The notes under the pieces were generated by a model, which ran no database searches, had not been told where the DNA came from, and was given only the letters and a program-made list of their open reading frames with translations. Shown here one piece after another: positions 45,649 to 55,800 of a DNA stretch of 64,000 nt (position 1 is the first letter of the stretch; every line of letters starts with the position of its first letter). The stretch is from Terracidiphilus sp. (lineage in GTDB: Bacteria; Acidobacteriota; Terriglobia; Terriglobales; Acidobacteriaceae): positions 122,474 through 186,473 of the forward strand of contig DASXDX010000034.1 of NCBI GenBank assembly GCA_036490385.1. The letters run 5' to 3'. A program made the translations under genes and the position numbers.

Positions 45649-46075
45649 CCTCAATGTCTGGCTGGCCCTCTCTATCGATAGGCACGTCCACCACGCAACT
45701 GCGTGGGCATGGCTCAATCGCCTGCCAGACGATTCCAGCCTCATCTTTTCCCGCTATACGCAACTGGGTCTGCTGCGCCTGCTCACCAACACAACCGTGA
45801 TGGGTGAAGCGACACTGACATTGCGCCAGGCCTGGGCCGTTTATGACCGATGGCTCGACGATCCCCGCGTCGAGTTCTACCCCGAGCCGCGCGATGTTGA
45901 CGCCGGATTCAGGCGAGCGACTCAGCCCTTTGCCGCCCAACAAGCCTCGAAGTGGGCAGGAGATTGCTGGCTGCTGGCCTTCGCCGAAGCCGCCAAGGCT
46001 CAGTTAGTCACCTTCGATCAGGCGCTCCATCAATTCGCCCGCAAGCGAGGCCACGCCGCTGTTCTTCCAGCCTGA
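45629..46075 (+). CDS. vapC: PIN-domain toxin (VapC-like ribonuclease)
   Basis: MTLLLIDLNVWLAL carries the first acidic residue of PIN. The segment ...GDCWLLAFAEAAKAQLVTFDQAL carries the distal D...T-x-D. The protein is 148 aa and is coupled to the RHH gene. Confidence 0.75.
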   Translation: MTLLLIDLNVWLALSIDRHVHHATAWAWLNRLPDDSSLIFSRYTQLGLLRLLTNTTVMGEATLTLRQAWAVYDRWLDDPRVEFYPEPRDVDAGFRRATQPFAAQQASKWAGDCWLLAFAEAAKAQLVTFDQALHQFARKRGHAAVLPA

Positions 46076-46318
46076 GCGACCTGGGAAAGCTTCTGATCCA
46101 GTCGGGAATGGCAGGTAGGGATTCATCCCCGCCCGGCTCCGGCGATTTCGCCACGTCAAACGCATTCGCCGGGGTCAGTGCCGCAATCGTTCGCGACCCG
46201 GTCTGTCCAACCATTTTTTGCGGGTTCGCATCGAACGAGATCAAGCACTCGTTTTCTCAATGGGCAGAGACCAGCGTCCTTTGGGCGTGAAGAGTGAACT
46301 TTGGACGCAGCCCAGACC

Positions 46319-48280
46319 ATGAAATCCTTTACCCGCGAATCCGGACCCGTGGCGCAGGCGCCGCGACATCGCCCGGAGCTCGCGGAGCCGGGGCGGCCGT
46401 ATCGGTCTGCGTCGGATTTGGATCCGCGCCAGCTTCAGGAGCTGCTGGCCAAAGCGCCTGCCGTGATCGGGCTGATGAGCGGTCCGGAACACCGATGGAC
46501 CTATGTGAATGAACATCTGGTGCGGGTAGCCGGCCGATCGAGCGCGGCGGAGTGCCTGGGAAAGACTCTGCGCGAGAGCCTTCCCGAGATGGACTCGCAG
46601 GTCTTCCCTGCTTTGCTGGATGAGGTTTTTCAGACGGGAAAGCCTTACGCGGGCTGGGAGGTAAAGGCGAGACTGAACCGGGCGGCCTCCGGTCAGCCGG
46701 AAGAGGGCTATTTCGATCTCGTTTTTCAGCCTGTGCGGAACTCCGAAGGCAAGGTGGAAGCGATTCTGATTCATGCCGTCGAGGTGACGGAGAAGGTAAA
46801 AGCCCGCAAGGCCATTGAGGAAAATGCGGAGCGCCTGCAACTGGCCCATTCCGCGGCCCAAATCGGCACCTGGGAATGGGACCCGTTGATGAAAACACAG
46901 GCTCTCTCCCCGGAGCTGCACCGGATCTTCGGCACGGAAGCTTCCGATCCTGATCATGCAGCCAAATGGGCATCGCGGGTGCATCCAGCCGACTGGGATG
47001 AAGTGCAGCAGAACATGCAAGAGGGACACCGGCGGGGAACCATCGAGTTCGAATACCGTTATCTGCATCCGGATAGCGGACTGCGCTGGCTGTTCTGCAA
47101 AGGCAGCCGTGCTCCCCAGGAGACACGGATGTTCGGCATCGTGCAGGATGTCACGGCTCGCAAGATGGGTGAGGAGGCATCGCAACGCCTGGCCGCGATT
47201 GTCGAATTCTCTGACGACGCAATCATCAGCAAAGACCTCAATGGCACCGTCACGAGCTGGAACCCGTGCGCGCAGCGCATGTTCGGCTATACCGCGGATG
47301 AGATCATCGGCCGTCCGATCACCACCATCATTCCTCCCGAGCTGCACGCGGACGAAACGAGAATCCTCGCCACCATTGCAGCCGGGGAGCGGATCGAGCA
47401 CTTTGAGACGGTGCGGCTGAAAAAGAACGGCGAGACCATCGAGGTCTCGCTCACGGTCTCCCCGGTCAAGGATCAGGACGGCAAGATCGTGGGCGCAGCC
47501 AAGATCGCGCGCGACATAACGCAGCGCAAAAAGGCCGAGCGCGCTTTGCAGACCACCGAAAGACTCGCCTCCGTGGGCCGGCTTGCCGCCACTGTGGCCC
47601 ATGAGATCAACAACCCGCTCGAAGCGGTGACTAATTTGATCTACCTGGCGAAGCATGCCTCCTCTCCGAGCGACGTGAAGAAGTATCTCTCGATTGCCGA
47701 AGAAGAGCTGGAGCGCGTCTCGCATCTGACCAAGCAAACGCTGGGCTTTTACCGCGAGACCAAGGGCGCAACCTACGTCCGGATGGGGGAGCTCGTCCAG
47801 TCCCTGCTTTCGGTGTTCGCTTCGAGGACGCGCAACAGAGGCATCGAGCTCTGCACCGAGATCGACGACGACCCGGAGCTTTACGCGGTGGCGGGAGAGC
47901 TTCGCCAGGTGATCGCGAACCTCATCAGCAACAGCATCGACGCGCTCCAAGCGGGCGGAAAGATCCGCGTCCGGGTCTCTGCCGCCACGCGCTGGATCAG
48001 CGGCCACCCGCGCGGCGTGCGGCTCACTGTGGCCGATACCGGCAGCGGCATTCCGTCTGAGCTGCGCACGCAGCTCTTCGAACCATTTTTCACCACCAAG
48101 AAAGATGTAGGAACCGGTCTCGGTCTGTGGGTATGCAAGAGCATTACCGAGAACCATCACGGCTCAATCCAGGTGAGAAGCGTCGCCACGCCGGGGAAAA
48201 GCTGGACGGCGTTTTCGGTGTTCCTGCCCCTCAACACGCAGGAATCCGCGACCGGGGAACTGGTTCGAAAAGCGGGTTGA
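46319..48280 (+). CDS. Multi-PAS sensor histidine kinase (cytoplasmic)
   Basis: There are three PAS/PAC-like modules (e.g. IVEFSDDAIISKDLNGTVTSWNPCAQRMFGYTADEIIG). H-box ATVAHEINNPLEAV, N-box IANLISNSIDAL and G-boxes DTGSGIP and GTGLGLWVC are present. Confidence 0.85.
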   Translation: MKSFTRESGPVAQAPRHRPELAEPGRPYRSASDLDPRQLQELLAKAPAVIGLMSGPEHRWTYVNEHLVRVAGRSSAAECLGKTLRESLPEMDSQVFPALLDEVFQTGKPYAGWEVKARLNRAASGQPEEGYFDLVFQPVRNSEGKVEAILIHAVEVTEKVKARKAIEENAERLQLAHSAAQIGTWEWDPLMKTQALSPELHRIFGTEASDPDHAAKWASRVHPADWDEVQQNMQEGHRRGTIEFEYRYLHPDSGLRWLFCKGSRAPQETRMFGIVQDVTARKMGEEASQRLAAIVEFSDDAIISKDLNGTVTSWNPCAQRMFGYTADEIIGRPITTIIPPELHADETRILATIAAGERIEHFETVRLKKNGETIEVSLTVSPVKDQDGKIVGAAKIARDITQRKKAERALQTTERLASVGRLAATVAHEINNPLEAVTNLIYLAKHASSPSDVKKYLSIAEEELERVSHLTKQTLGFYRETKGATYVRMGELVQSLLSVFASRTRNRGIELCTEIDDDPELYAVAGELRQVIANLISNSIDALQAGGKIRVRVSAATRWISGHPRGVRLTVADTGSGIPSELRTQLFEPFFTTKKDVGTGLGLWVCKSITENHHGSIQVRSVATPGKSWTAFSVFLPLNTQESATGELVRKAG

Positions 48281-48377
48281 GTACTGCCGCGAAGATCGGA
48301 TCGGGCCCGCGGCGGGACTGGCTCAATCCTTGCCGGCAACGCTCTTTCCATCCTCGAACTGGTCTCATAAATGGTTT

Positions 48378-48460
48378 TTTGAAAGGGCACGACTTTAGTC
48401 GTGCCGCAAAGGACAGCAAAATTCGGGGGCTTCAGCCCCTGAGGGACGTCTCCCTCAGGG
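48378..48460. repeat. Stem-loop intergenic repeat (REP-like), copy B
   Basis: tttgaaagggcacgactttagtcgtgccgcaaaggacagcaaaattcgggggcttcagcccctgagggacgtctccctcaggg contains two perfect hairpins (ggcacgac-ttta-gtcgtgcc and ccctgaggga-cgtc-tccctcaggg). It is collinear with 12935-13004 and lies between convergent genes. Confidence 0.55.
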
Positions 48461-48500
48461 CCGCAAACATATATGAGATATGAGACAGCTTCTCCGCATC

Positions 48501-49958
48501 CTACGCTCTCCGCTCGGCCGCCTCCTGATAAACAGCTCCATACTCACGCGCCGGGCCTTCCCATGAATAGTTCTGCGCCATGCCATTCCGCATCAGCCGT
48601 TGCCATGCTTTTTTGTCCTGGAAGGCTTTGAGGGCCTTATCCATTTCGGCGAGCAGATCGCGCGGATCGAAGCCGGCGAACTTGAATCCAGTCCCGGTTC
48701 CCTTTTCCGGATCCCACTCCTCGATGGTGTCATCGAGACCGCCGGTCGCGCGCACGACGGGCACGGTCCCGTACTTCAGCGAGTAGATCTGATTCAGGCC
48801 GCAGGGCTCATACCGCGAGGGCATGAGAAAGGCATCCGCGCCCGCCTCAATCTTGTGCGAGAGCGCATCGTCATAGCCCACGCGCACGGCCACGTTGGCC
48901 GGATGCCGGAAGGCCCAATCGCGGAAGAAGTTTTCATAGATGGGCTCTCCCGACCCAAGCGCTGTGATAACCAGATCGCGCGTGACGAGTTCTTCGGCGA
49001 TTCGCGACAACAGGTCGAAGCCCTTTTGGGTCGCGAACCGGGAGACAATGCCAATGACCAGTGTCGTATCCGCAACCGATTCGAGCCCGAAGGCGTGCAG
49101 AAGATCCGCGCGGCAGGCGCTCTTTCCGGCTAGGTCGTCGGGCGCATAGTGCGCGGCCAGATTTTTGTCCACGGCAGGATCCCAGCGCGAATAGTCCACG
49201 CCGTTCAGGATGCCGCGCAGATCCGTCGCCCGCTTGCGCAGCACGCCGTCCAACTGCTCGCCGAAGGCCGGGGTCTGAATCTCCTCGGCATATTTCCGGC
49301 TCACTGTGGTCAGCATGTCGGAGAATTCAATGCCGCCTTTCAGAAAATTGAAGCTGTCATAGTGCTCCACTTTGTCCATGGTGAACACGTCCCACGGAAA
49401 CAGGAGCTGCTCGGTGGTCGCGGGCGGAAATTTTCCCTGGTAGGCCGCGTTGTGAATCGTGAGCACGATGCCGGTTCCATGAAAAACGGGATCGGCGGCG
49501 TAGACGGTACGGAGGTAAACCGGAATCAGGGCCGCCTGCCAGTCATGCACATGGAAGATCTCCGGCACGCCAAGCTGCTTGGCGGCTTCGAGCACCGCGC
49601 GGCAGAAGAGCGCGAAGCGTTCGGCGTTGTCGGCATAGTCGCCGCCCGCAGGCCCGTAGAGTTCCGGCCGGTCGAACAGCTCCGGGGAATCGACGAAGTA
49701 GAACTGCACTCCATCTCGCACGCCGCCATCGACGATGCCCACGAACCGGTTGTAATACCGGGACGGAATGGTGATGGACCGCACGGCGTACCTGGGCTCG
49801 CTTTCAAGAAGCGGACGGACCCGCGCGTAGAGCGGGAGGTATACGGTGACTTCGTGGCCCAGTTTGACGATCTCGCGCGGCAGCGCCCCTACTACGTCCG
49901 CCAGACCTCCGGTCTTGGCGAACGGCACACACTCTGACGCTGCAAAGACAATATGCAT
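48501..49958 (-). CDS. glgA: Glycogen synthase (ADP-glucose type)
   Basis: The ATG at 49958 gives MHIVFAASECVPFAKTGGLADVVGALP. Later motifs are HVHDWQAAL and PSRYEPCGLNQIY. The upstream 77 codons of the ORF look non-coding. Confidence 0.9.
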   Translation of the reverse strand: MHIVFAASECVPFAKTGGLADVVGALPREIVKLGHEVTVYLPLYARVRPLLESEPRYAVRSITIPSRYYNRFVGIVDGGVRDGVQFYFVDSPELFDRPELYGPAGGDYADNAERFALFCRAVLEAAKQLGVPEIFHVHDWQAALIPVYLRTVYAADPVFHGTGIVLTIHNAAYQGKFPPATTEQLLFPWDVFTMDKVEHYDSFNFLKGGIEFSDMLTTVSRKYAEEIQTPAFGEQLDGVLRKRATDLRGILNGVDYSRWDPAVDKNLAAHYAPDDLAGKSACRADLLHAFGLESVADTTLVIGIVSRFATQKGFDLLSRIAEELVTRDLVITALGSGEPIYENFFRDWAFRHPANVAVRVGYDDALSHKIEAGADAFLMPSRYEPCGLNQIYSLKYGTVPVVRATGGLDDTIEEWDPEKGTGTGFKFAGFDPRDLLAEMDKALKAFQDKKAWQRLMRNGMAQNYSWEGPAREYGAVYQEAAERRA

Positions 49959-50120
49959 CCAGCCTTCCCCCTCTATCGAACTCTGCGCGAGGCGCCTTGC
50001 TCCAAAGGGCAAGTCTACTATGCGCGTTCTTTCGATGCCGGAACGCGGAGCAGCGGTTCGAAGGACGGGGGCATCGCGGGCGCGCAGACCGCAGGCGCAA
50101 AGGGTAACGCACACATCAAA

Positions 50121-50177
50121 GGACCAGGGACACTTTTGCGGACCGCGGATATTTTTGCGGACCGGGAATATTTTTGC
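50121..50177. repeat. Three tandem 19-bp direct repeats upstream of glgA
   Basis: ggaccagggacacttttgc / ggaccgcggatatttttgc / ggaccgggaatatttttgc, head to tail, located 163-219 nt upstream of the glgA start. Confidence 0.75.
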
Positions 50178-50223
50178 CGCGCCTGACAAAGCAGTGTGCG
50201 CGACTTCTGGAGAGGGATTGCGT

Positions 50224-51594
50224 TCAGGCTTCCTGGACCGCCGGCTCCGCCACCACCACGCTGGCGGATTCGCCCACGCGGGCGCGCCACGTGAGAAGAG
50301 CGTGACAGCCCAGCATGACCAGCACTGGATCGAGGGGCCGCATGTGGTAAGGCTCGGGGTGGCTAAAGTAATAAATCATCGGAAAGAGAAAGAGCACTCC
50401 GCCATAGCGAAGAACCTCGAATGGCCGCTCCCGCCACGCCATGGCAAGGCCCGCAATCGCCAGCAGCGTCAGAGCTGTGGCGAAGGGAATGTTGGCGGGA
50501 TCCATCGGCTCTAATTCCAGATACTCGCGGCTCAAGCTCCAGTATCCCGTCCACAGGTACACCGCGCGCCGCATGCACATCCAGATAAACCACTCACGAT
50601 GCTCCGAGATGAACGCCTCTGCCTGGCTGGCTTTGCGATCCATGTAGGCCAGCTCACCCATTCTGTTGTAGTCGGCCAGTTCCTCCTGGTCGTGCAGCGG
50701 GTGAAGGCGATCACTGGTCCAGCGGACCGAATACCCATTGTTCCCCATCCAGAGTTCCAGTCCCATGCTGTCGCGCATGGGAATGAAGCGATGAAAGGTC
50801 ACGGCATTGCGAATCATCCATGGGGAAATCGTCGCGGCCAGGGTCAGCGACGCTACCACTCCCGGCAGCAGCCACTTATAGCCGGATCGGGCCAATCTCC
50901 AGCAGGCGAGCATTAACAGGAACGGAACCACCACCAGCACCGAGGGCTCGTTCAGACCTGCAAATCCAGCCAGAAGACCGAACCCCGCCCACAAGGCGAG
51001 GCGTGGCGTTCTCTCAAGGTCCTGCGCCAGATAAAGCAGCCAGCACAGGCACAGCAGAGAAAGATGCGTCGACCACGCCCATGCTGCCGCAAAGTAAATC
51101 CCGTAGGGAGAAAAAGCCCAACCCCATGCAGCCCAACGGGCCGCGCGCTCTCCAAAGCTGCGGCGCGCGGTGAGGAACAGAGGAATACAGGCCAGGGCGG
51201 ACAGCAGGCAGTTCAGGGCGTGCGTCACAAAGATCGATGCCCAGGTATGGATTCCGAAGCAGCGAAAGATGACGGCGATCAGGAGCGGGTAAACGGGCGG
51301 CATCACCGCTGATAGCTGGGTTGAACTAAATGGGCTGCCGAAGCCGCGCCCCGCCACCAGAGACTCCGCCACGTTGCCGGGTTCCCAGGCGTGGAGATGG
51401 TCAGGATTCATCAGCCCTTCAAAGTTGTTGAACGGGACCACGGCGAGGCGCAGCGCAAGCGCTACCAGGACGATGACGGGAAGCAGCCAAGGGGCGGCTT
51501 TCCCGGCTTTTGTCCTTCCTCCGATACGCGCCTCCGTCCCGGACTGCGGGGGATTTTGCAGAACTGTCGCGGTTGGCATGGTTCTTCTCTTCAA
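50224..51594 (-). CDS. Integral-membrane glycosyltransferase, GT39/ArnT (PMT_2)-like
   Basis: 456 aa with about 10 or more TM segments, a hydrophilic loop after TM1 (NPDHLHAWEPGNVAESLVAGRGFGSPF) and a periplasmic C-terminal region. This layout is typical of polyprenyl-phosphate-dependent glycosyltransferases. Confidence 0.65.
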   Translation of the reverse strand: MKRRTMPTATVLQNPPQSGTEARIGGRTKAGKAAPWLLPVIVLVALALRLAVVPFNNFEGLMNPDHLHAWEPGNVAESLVAGRGFGSPFSSTQLSAVMPPVYPLLIAVIFRCFGIHTWASIFVTHALNCLLSALACIPLFLTARRSFGERAARWAAWGWAFSPYGIYFAAAWAWSTHLSLLCLCWLLYLAQDLERTPRLALWAGFGLLAGFAGLNEPSVLVVVPFLLMLACWRLARSGYKWLLPGVVASLTLAATISPWMIRNAVTFHRFIPMRDSMGLELWMGNNGYSVRWTSDRLHPLHDQEELADYNRMGELAYMDRKASQAEAFISEHREWFIWMCMRRAVYLWTGYWSLSREYLELEPMDPANIPFATALTLLAIAGLAMAWRERPFEVLRYGGVLFLFPMIYYFSHPEPYHMRPLDPVLVMLGCHALLTWRARVGESASVVVAEPAVQEA

Positions 51595-51686
51595 TTAGAC
51601 GAGAACTCTAAAAAGACGCCGACACGCGAAAAATCTCGTTACCGGAGAGAGGGATTGGAGGCTGGACTTTCTTATGGCGCTCGATC

Positions 51687-52211
51687 TTATGGCGCTCGAT
51701 CAAAAGTGGGGGCGAGGCCGAGCGCGCTCCAGAAACGGTCCAGAAGAGCCACGGTTTCGGGCAGCGTGGCCGGCGTAGTGCGAATCGCGATGCCCGGGCC
51801 GGCGGCCTCGGCTAGCGCGGCCGGCTCCGCGGCAATGGCGACGCACTGGCCCGGCCGATAGGTGCAGGAGGCCAGGTCGGCGATGGAGAGGCTCGTCGTG
51901 GGAGTGGCGAAGACGGCATGAGGCGGAGCCATGCGATCGAGCAGCCAGAGAATTTCCAGCTTTGATTCCAATTCGTCGGGGACGCAGTCGATGACCAGAT
52001 CCGCGGACCGAACGGCGTCCTCGACCGTCGACACGAAGGCCACGCCCGAAAGCGCGTCGGCGCTGAGCTCGCGGCGAATGCACTCCTGGGCATGACGCAA
52101 GTTCGACGGCATCACGTCTTCGAGCAGAACACGGAAACCGGCGCGGGCGGCACGCAAAGCAAGCGAGCGGCCGAGCGGGCCGGCTCCGATGATGGCGACG
52201 GTTTGCGGCAA
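51687..52211 (-). CDS. 3-hydroxyacyl-CoA dehydrogenase NAD-binding-domain protein (C-terminal domain absent)
   Basis: TVAIIGAGPLGRSLALRAARAGFRVLLEDV, ADLVIDCVPDELESKLEI and ATPTTSLSI are present. The protein ends at 174 aa, where the dimerisation domain normally begins. Confidence 0.6.
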   Translation of the reverse strand: MPQTVAIIGAGPLGRSLALRAARAGFRVLLEDVMPSNLRHAQECIRRELSADALSGVAFVSTVEDAVRSADLVIDCVPDELESKLEILWLLDRMAPPHAVFATPTTSLSIADLASCTYRPGQCVAIAAEPAALAEAAGPGIAIRTTPATLPETVALLDRFWSALGLAPTFDRAP

Positions 52212-52219
52212 GCGGTGGG

Positions 52220-52402
52220 TTACTTCGCGGCGAGCGCCTGAGCAACGTCGGCAGCATTCGGCCTTACCTGCTGCAGATGCTCAGCGATCCGGGCACGCTC
52301 CTCAGGAGAGAGCGTTGGGACGACGGCGAGGACGCGGCGCAACGTCACGGCGACGTCGTCAATGTAGTTCATCAGGCGGATGGCTTCTCCGGAAAGGGGC
52401 AT
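52220..52402 (-). CDS. Small hypothetical protein (60 aa)
   Basis: GAGGA lies ~8 nt upstream of the ATG at 52402. The helical sequence is MPLSGEAIRLMNYIDDVAVTLRRVLAVVPTLSPEERARIAEHLQQV, and the stop is 9 nt before the next gene. I recognise no family. Confidence 0.35.
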   Translation of the reverse strand: MPLSGEAIRLMNYIDDVAVTLRRVLAVVPTLSPEERARIAEHLQQVRPNAADVAQALAAK

Positions 52403-52853
52403 GGACTTTTTCCTCGAATCGTAAACTTCCGCTCTCATTGTAGGGGTTCGGGTTGGGGTGGTGGAAATCAGCCTGAGACCCCTCTCTGCGGTTCCGGCCC
52501 TGCTCGCGCGCGAGAAACGAGCAGTTGCAATCGCGGATGACGGTGCAGCACACCTCGCCTTCAGATCCAGGGAGATTGACGGGGAAGAAGCGGCGTGAGC
52601 ACAAGAACGGGCCGAGCCAAGTATCTGGATGAGTTTTGAATGAGAAGCTGCACAGCTTCATTAAGCTCCCAACCTGGGCGCCAGCCTGCGTAGGATCGAT
52701 CTCACTCAATAACTTCAATATCGTCAGCAATTTGTCAGAGGAGTGGCGACAAAGCGCAGCAACCGCACATTTGGCGAAGTGTGGCGATTCAATTGCAGCC
52801 GATCTGCATGCGGCACTCTCCGCGGGTACGACGGCGGACCACGGCAGGAGAAC

Positions 52854-55800
52854 ATGCGGAATCCAGGCGGTTGCCCTAGAGCACACGAATCTACTCACGA
52901 ATCTGCGCAGGAATTTACACCGGGTGAGGCGCCGAGAGCGGCCGCTTCGCTCGATCCCGGCGACTGGACCGGGTTTCGCGAACAGGCGCACCGCATGCTC
53001 GATGACATGCTGGATTCGATCGAGCACATCCGTGAAGCGCCGGTCTGGCAGCCGATTCCCGAGCAGGTGCGCGCGCACTTCCGCAGCGAATTGCCGGCCA
53101 AACCGACGGCGCTGGACCAGCTTCACCAGGAGTTCATGACGCACATTGTGCCGTTCACGGCGCGCAATGCGCATCCGGGATTTATGGCGTGGGTGCAGGG
53201 CGGCGGTACCGCCGTAGGCATGCTGGCCGAGATGCTGGCCGCCGGCCTCAATGCCAACCTGGGCGGGCGCGACCAGATCCCGCTTGAAGTCGAGCGGCAG
53301 GTCGTCGAGTGGATGCGCAAGCTGTTTGGCTTTCCCGCAGCAGCCTCGGGCATCCTGGTCACCGGCAGTTCGATGGCAAACTTCATGGCGGTGAAGATCG
53401 CGCGGGACGCGAGCATTGGCAGCGATGTCCGCCGCCAGGGGGTAGCGCAGCAGCCGCAAAGATTGACCGCCTATAGCTCCACCGCCGTCCATGGATGTGC
53501 AGCCCAGGCGCTGGATCTTGCCGGCCTGGGCAGCGATTCTCTTCGTCTCATCCCCGTAGACAGCCGTAATCGCATCGATCTCGAGGCTCTGGCTCAAACT
53601 GTCGCCTCGGATCGGGCTGCGGGCTTCACTCCCTTTCTCGTAATCGGCACTGCGGGAACGGTGGATACGGGCGCCATCGATGACCTCGCCGGCCTCGCCG
53701 CATTTTGCGGCGCGCAACAACTCTGGTTTCACGTCGACGGCGCCTGCGGAGCGATGGGTATGCTGGCTCCCGAAGTGGCGCCCCGGCTCAACGGGATCGA
53801 ACTGGCCGATTCGCTGGCCTTCGATTTTCACAAATGGGGTCAGGTGCCTTATGACGCCGGTTTCCTGCTGGTGCGCGATGGCGCCCGCCATCGGCAGTCG
53901 TTTGGCTCCTCAGCCGCTTATCTCGCGCGCGAGGACCGCGGCATGTCTGCCGGTTCACCGTGGCCCTGTGACCTTGGCCCCGATCTGTCCCGCGGCTTCC
54001 GCGCGCTGAAGACCTGGGCAACATTCAAAGCTTACGGAACTGAGAGGATGGGTGCGGTTATCGCCAACACGTGCACGCTGGCGCGCTATCTCGAAGGCCG
54101 CATCGCCGCCTATCCGGAGCTGGAATTGCTGGCTCCAGTCGAGCTGAATATCGTCTGTTTCCGCTATCGGGGCGCAACCAGCGCCGGCCCCGCAACTGAG
54201 AATTTCCTGAACCAGGTTAACCGCGAAATCGTCATCCGGCTGCAGGAGTCCGGCGCTGTGGCTCCCTCTACGACCCAGATCGGCGGCAGCCTCGCCATTC
54301 GCGCCGCCATCGTGAATCACCGTACCACGCACGCCGATATCGACACCCTGATAGAAGCTGTTTTGTCGGCCGGCAGGTCGCTGCGCCCTGCTGCAACCCG
54401 CCCGGAACCGCCTCGCGCAAAAACCGGCGAAAAAATGTGGCAACCCTGGGTCAAGCGCAATACGAGGCTCGAAGTCATTGACTCCCAGCTTGATTCGCAC
54501 GATGGTATCGAGAAGAAAACCGAAGTTGCGCTGCGTTTCGAGCGCGCGATGCTGCTCACCCAGCAGGGACGCACTCTGGAGGCACGCAGCGAACATCTCA
54601 AAGTGGTCGCGCTCGATCCCTTCAATCTGCGCAACCTTAACGCTCTCGGACTGCTGCTCGCCGTAACCGGCAACCGGAAAGCGGCGCTCATTGCCCTGAA
54701 CCAGGCGGTGCAAGCCGCGCCTGAATCGATCCTGAGCCGCGTCAATTATGGCGGCGTCCTGCTCGAAGAGCATGATGCCGCTGCGGCTCTCGAGCAATTT
54801 GAAGCGGCGTTGCGCATCGATCCCTCCTCTCCGCAGGCGCATGCGGGCATGTTTTACGCGCTGAGCAGGCTGGGAGACCGGGAGAACGCGGAGCTGCATC
54901 GCCGGCTGGGCTTCGAGCAGAAGAATGTCTTCGTCAACCTCTACCGCGGCACTGGGCAACCTGTCCCGGTGGTGCTGCTGGTTTCCTCCACCGGGGGCAA
55001 TACTCCCATCGAGAAACTCATCGACGACACGGTCTTTCAGACCTACGTGATCGTCGCCGAATTCTACGACGCCCAAAACCCGCTGCCGGAACACCGGCTG
55101 GTCATAAACGGCATCGGCGATGTCGAAGTCTCCGAAGAAGCGTTGCGCGCGGCTCAGTCTTTGCTCACGCAAGCGTCGGCGCCGGTGATCAACTCGCCGG
55201 CAGCCGTGCTGGAGACTGGACGCTGTGAGAACGCCGCGCGCCTGCGCGCCATTCCCGGCATCGTCACACCGGAGACGCAGTTGTTTCCCTATTCCCTGCT
55301 CGCCGGGCCTGACGGTGCCGCAGCGCTTCTCGATCGCGGCTTCAACTTTCCGCTGCTGTTGCGCGTACCGGGCTTTCACATGGGCGAGCATTTCGTCGAC
55401 GTTTCGGCGTCCGACGCGCTGCCAGCCGCGGTTGCCGGGCTGCCGGCCGCGGTTGCGGGGCTGCCGGGCGCAGCGCCCACCGATGCGCAACTGCTGGCCA
55501 TCGAGTACCTGGACGCACGCGGCGCGGACGGCTGCTTCCGCAAATACCGCGTGATGATGATCGATGGCGAGCTTTATCCGTTGCACCTGGCCATCTCGTC
55601 GCATTGGAAGATTCACTATTTCAGCGCCGATATGAAGGACAAGCCCGACCACCGCGCCGAGGAAACGGTCTTCCTCACGGATATGCCCGGCGTTCTGGGC
55701 CGGCGCGCGATGGACGCGTTGCGGCAGTTGCAGACGGCGCTTGGCCTGGACTATGCGGGCGTCGACTTCGGGCTCAGCCAGGATGGCGACGTTCTGCTCT

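Noticed and set aside
46241-48160. 639-aa ORF on the minus strand.
   Set aside because: It lies entirely antisense to the PAS histidine kinase, which has unmistakable H/N/G boxes. Its translation is Arg/Gly/Leu/His-rich low-information sequence, typical of shadow ORFs in GC-rich DNA.
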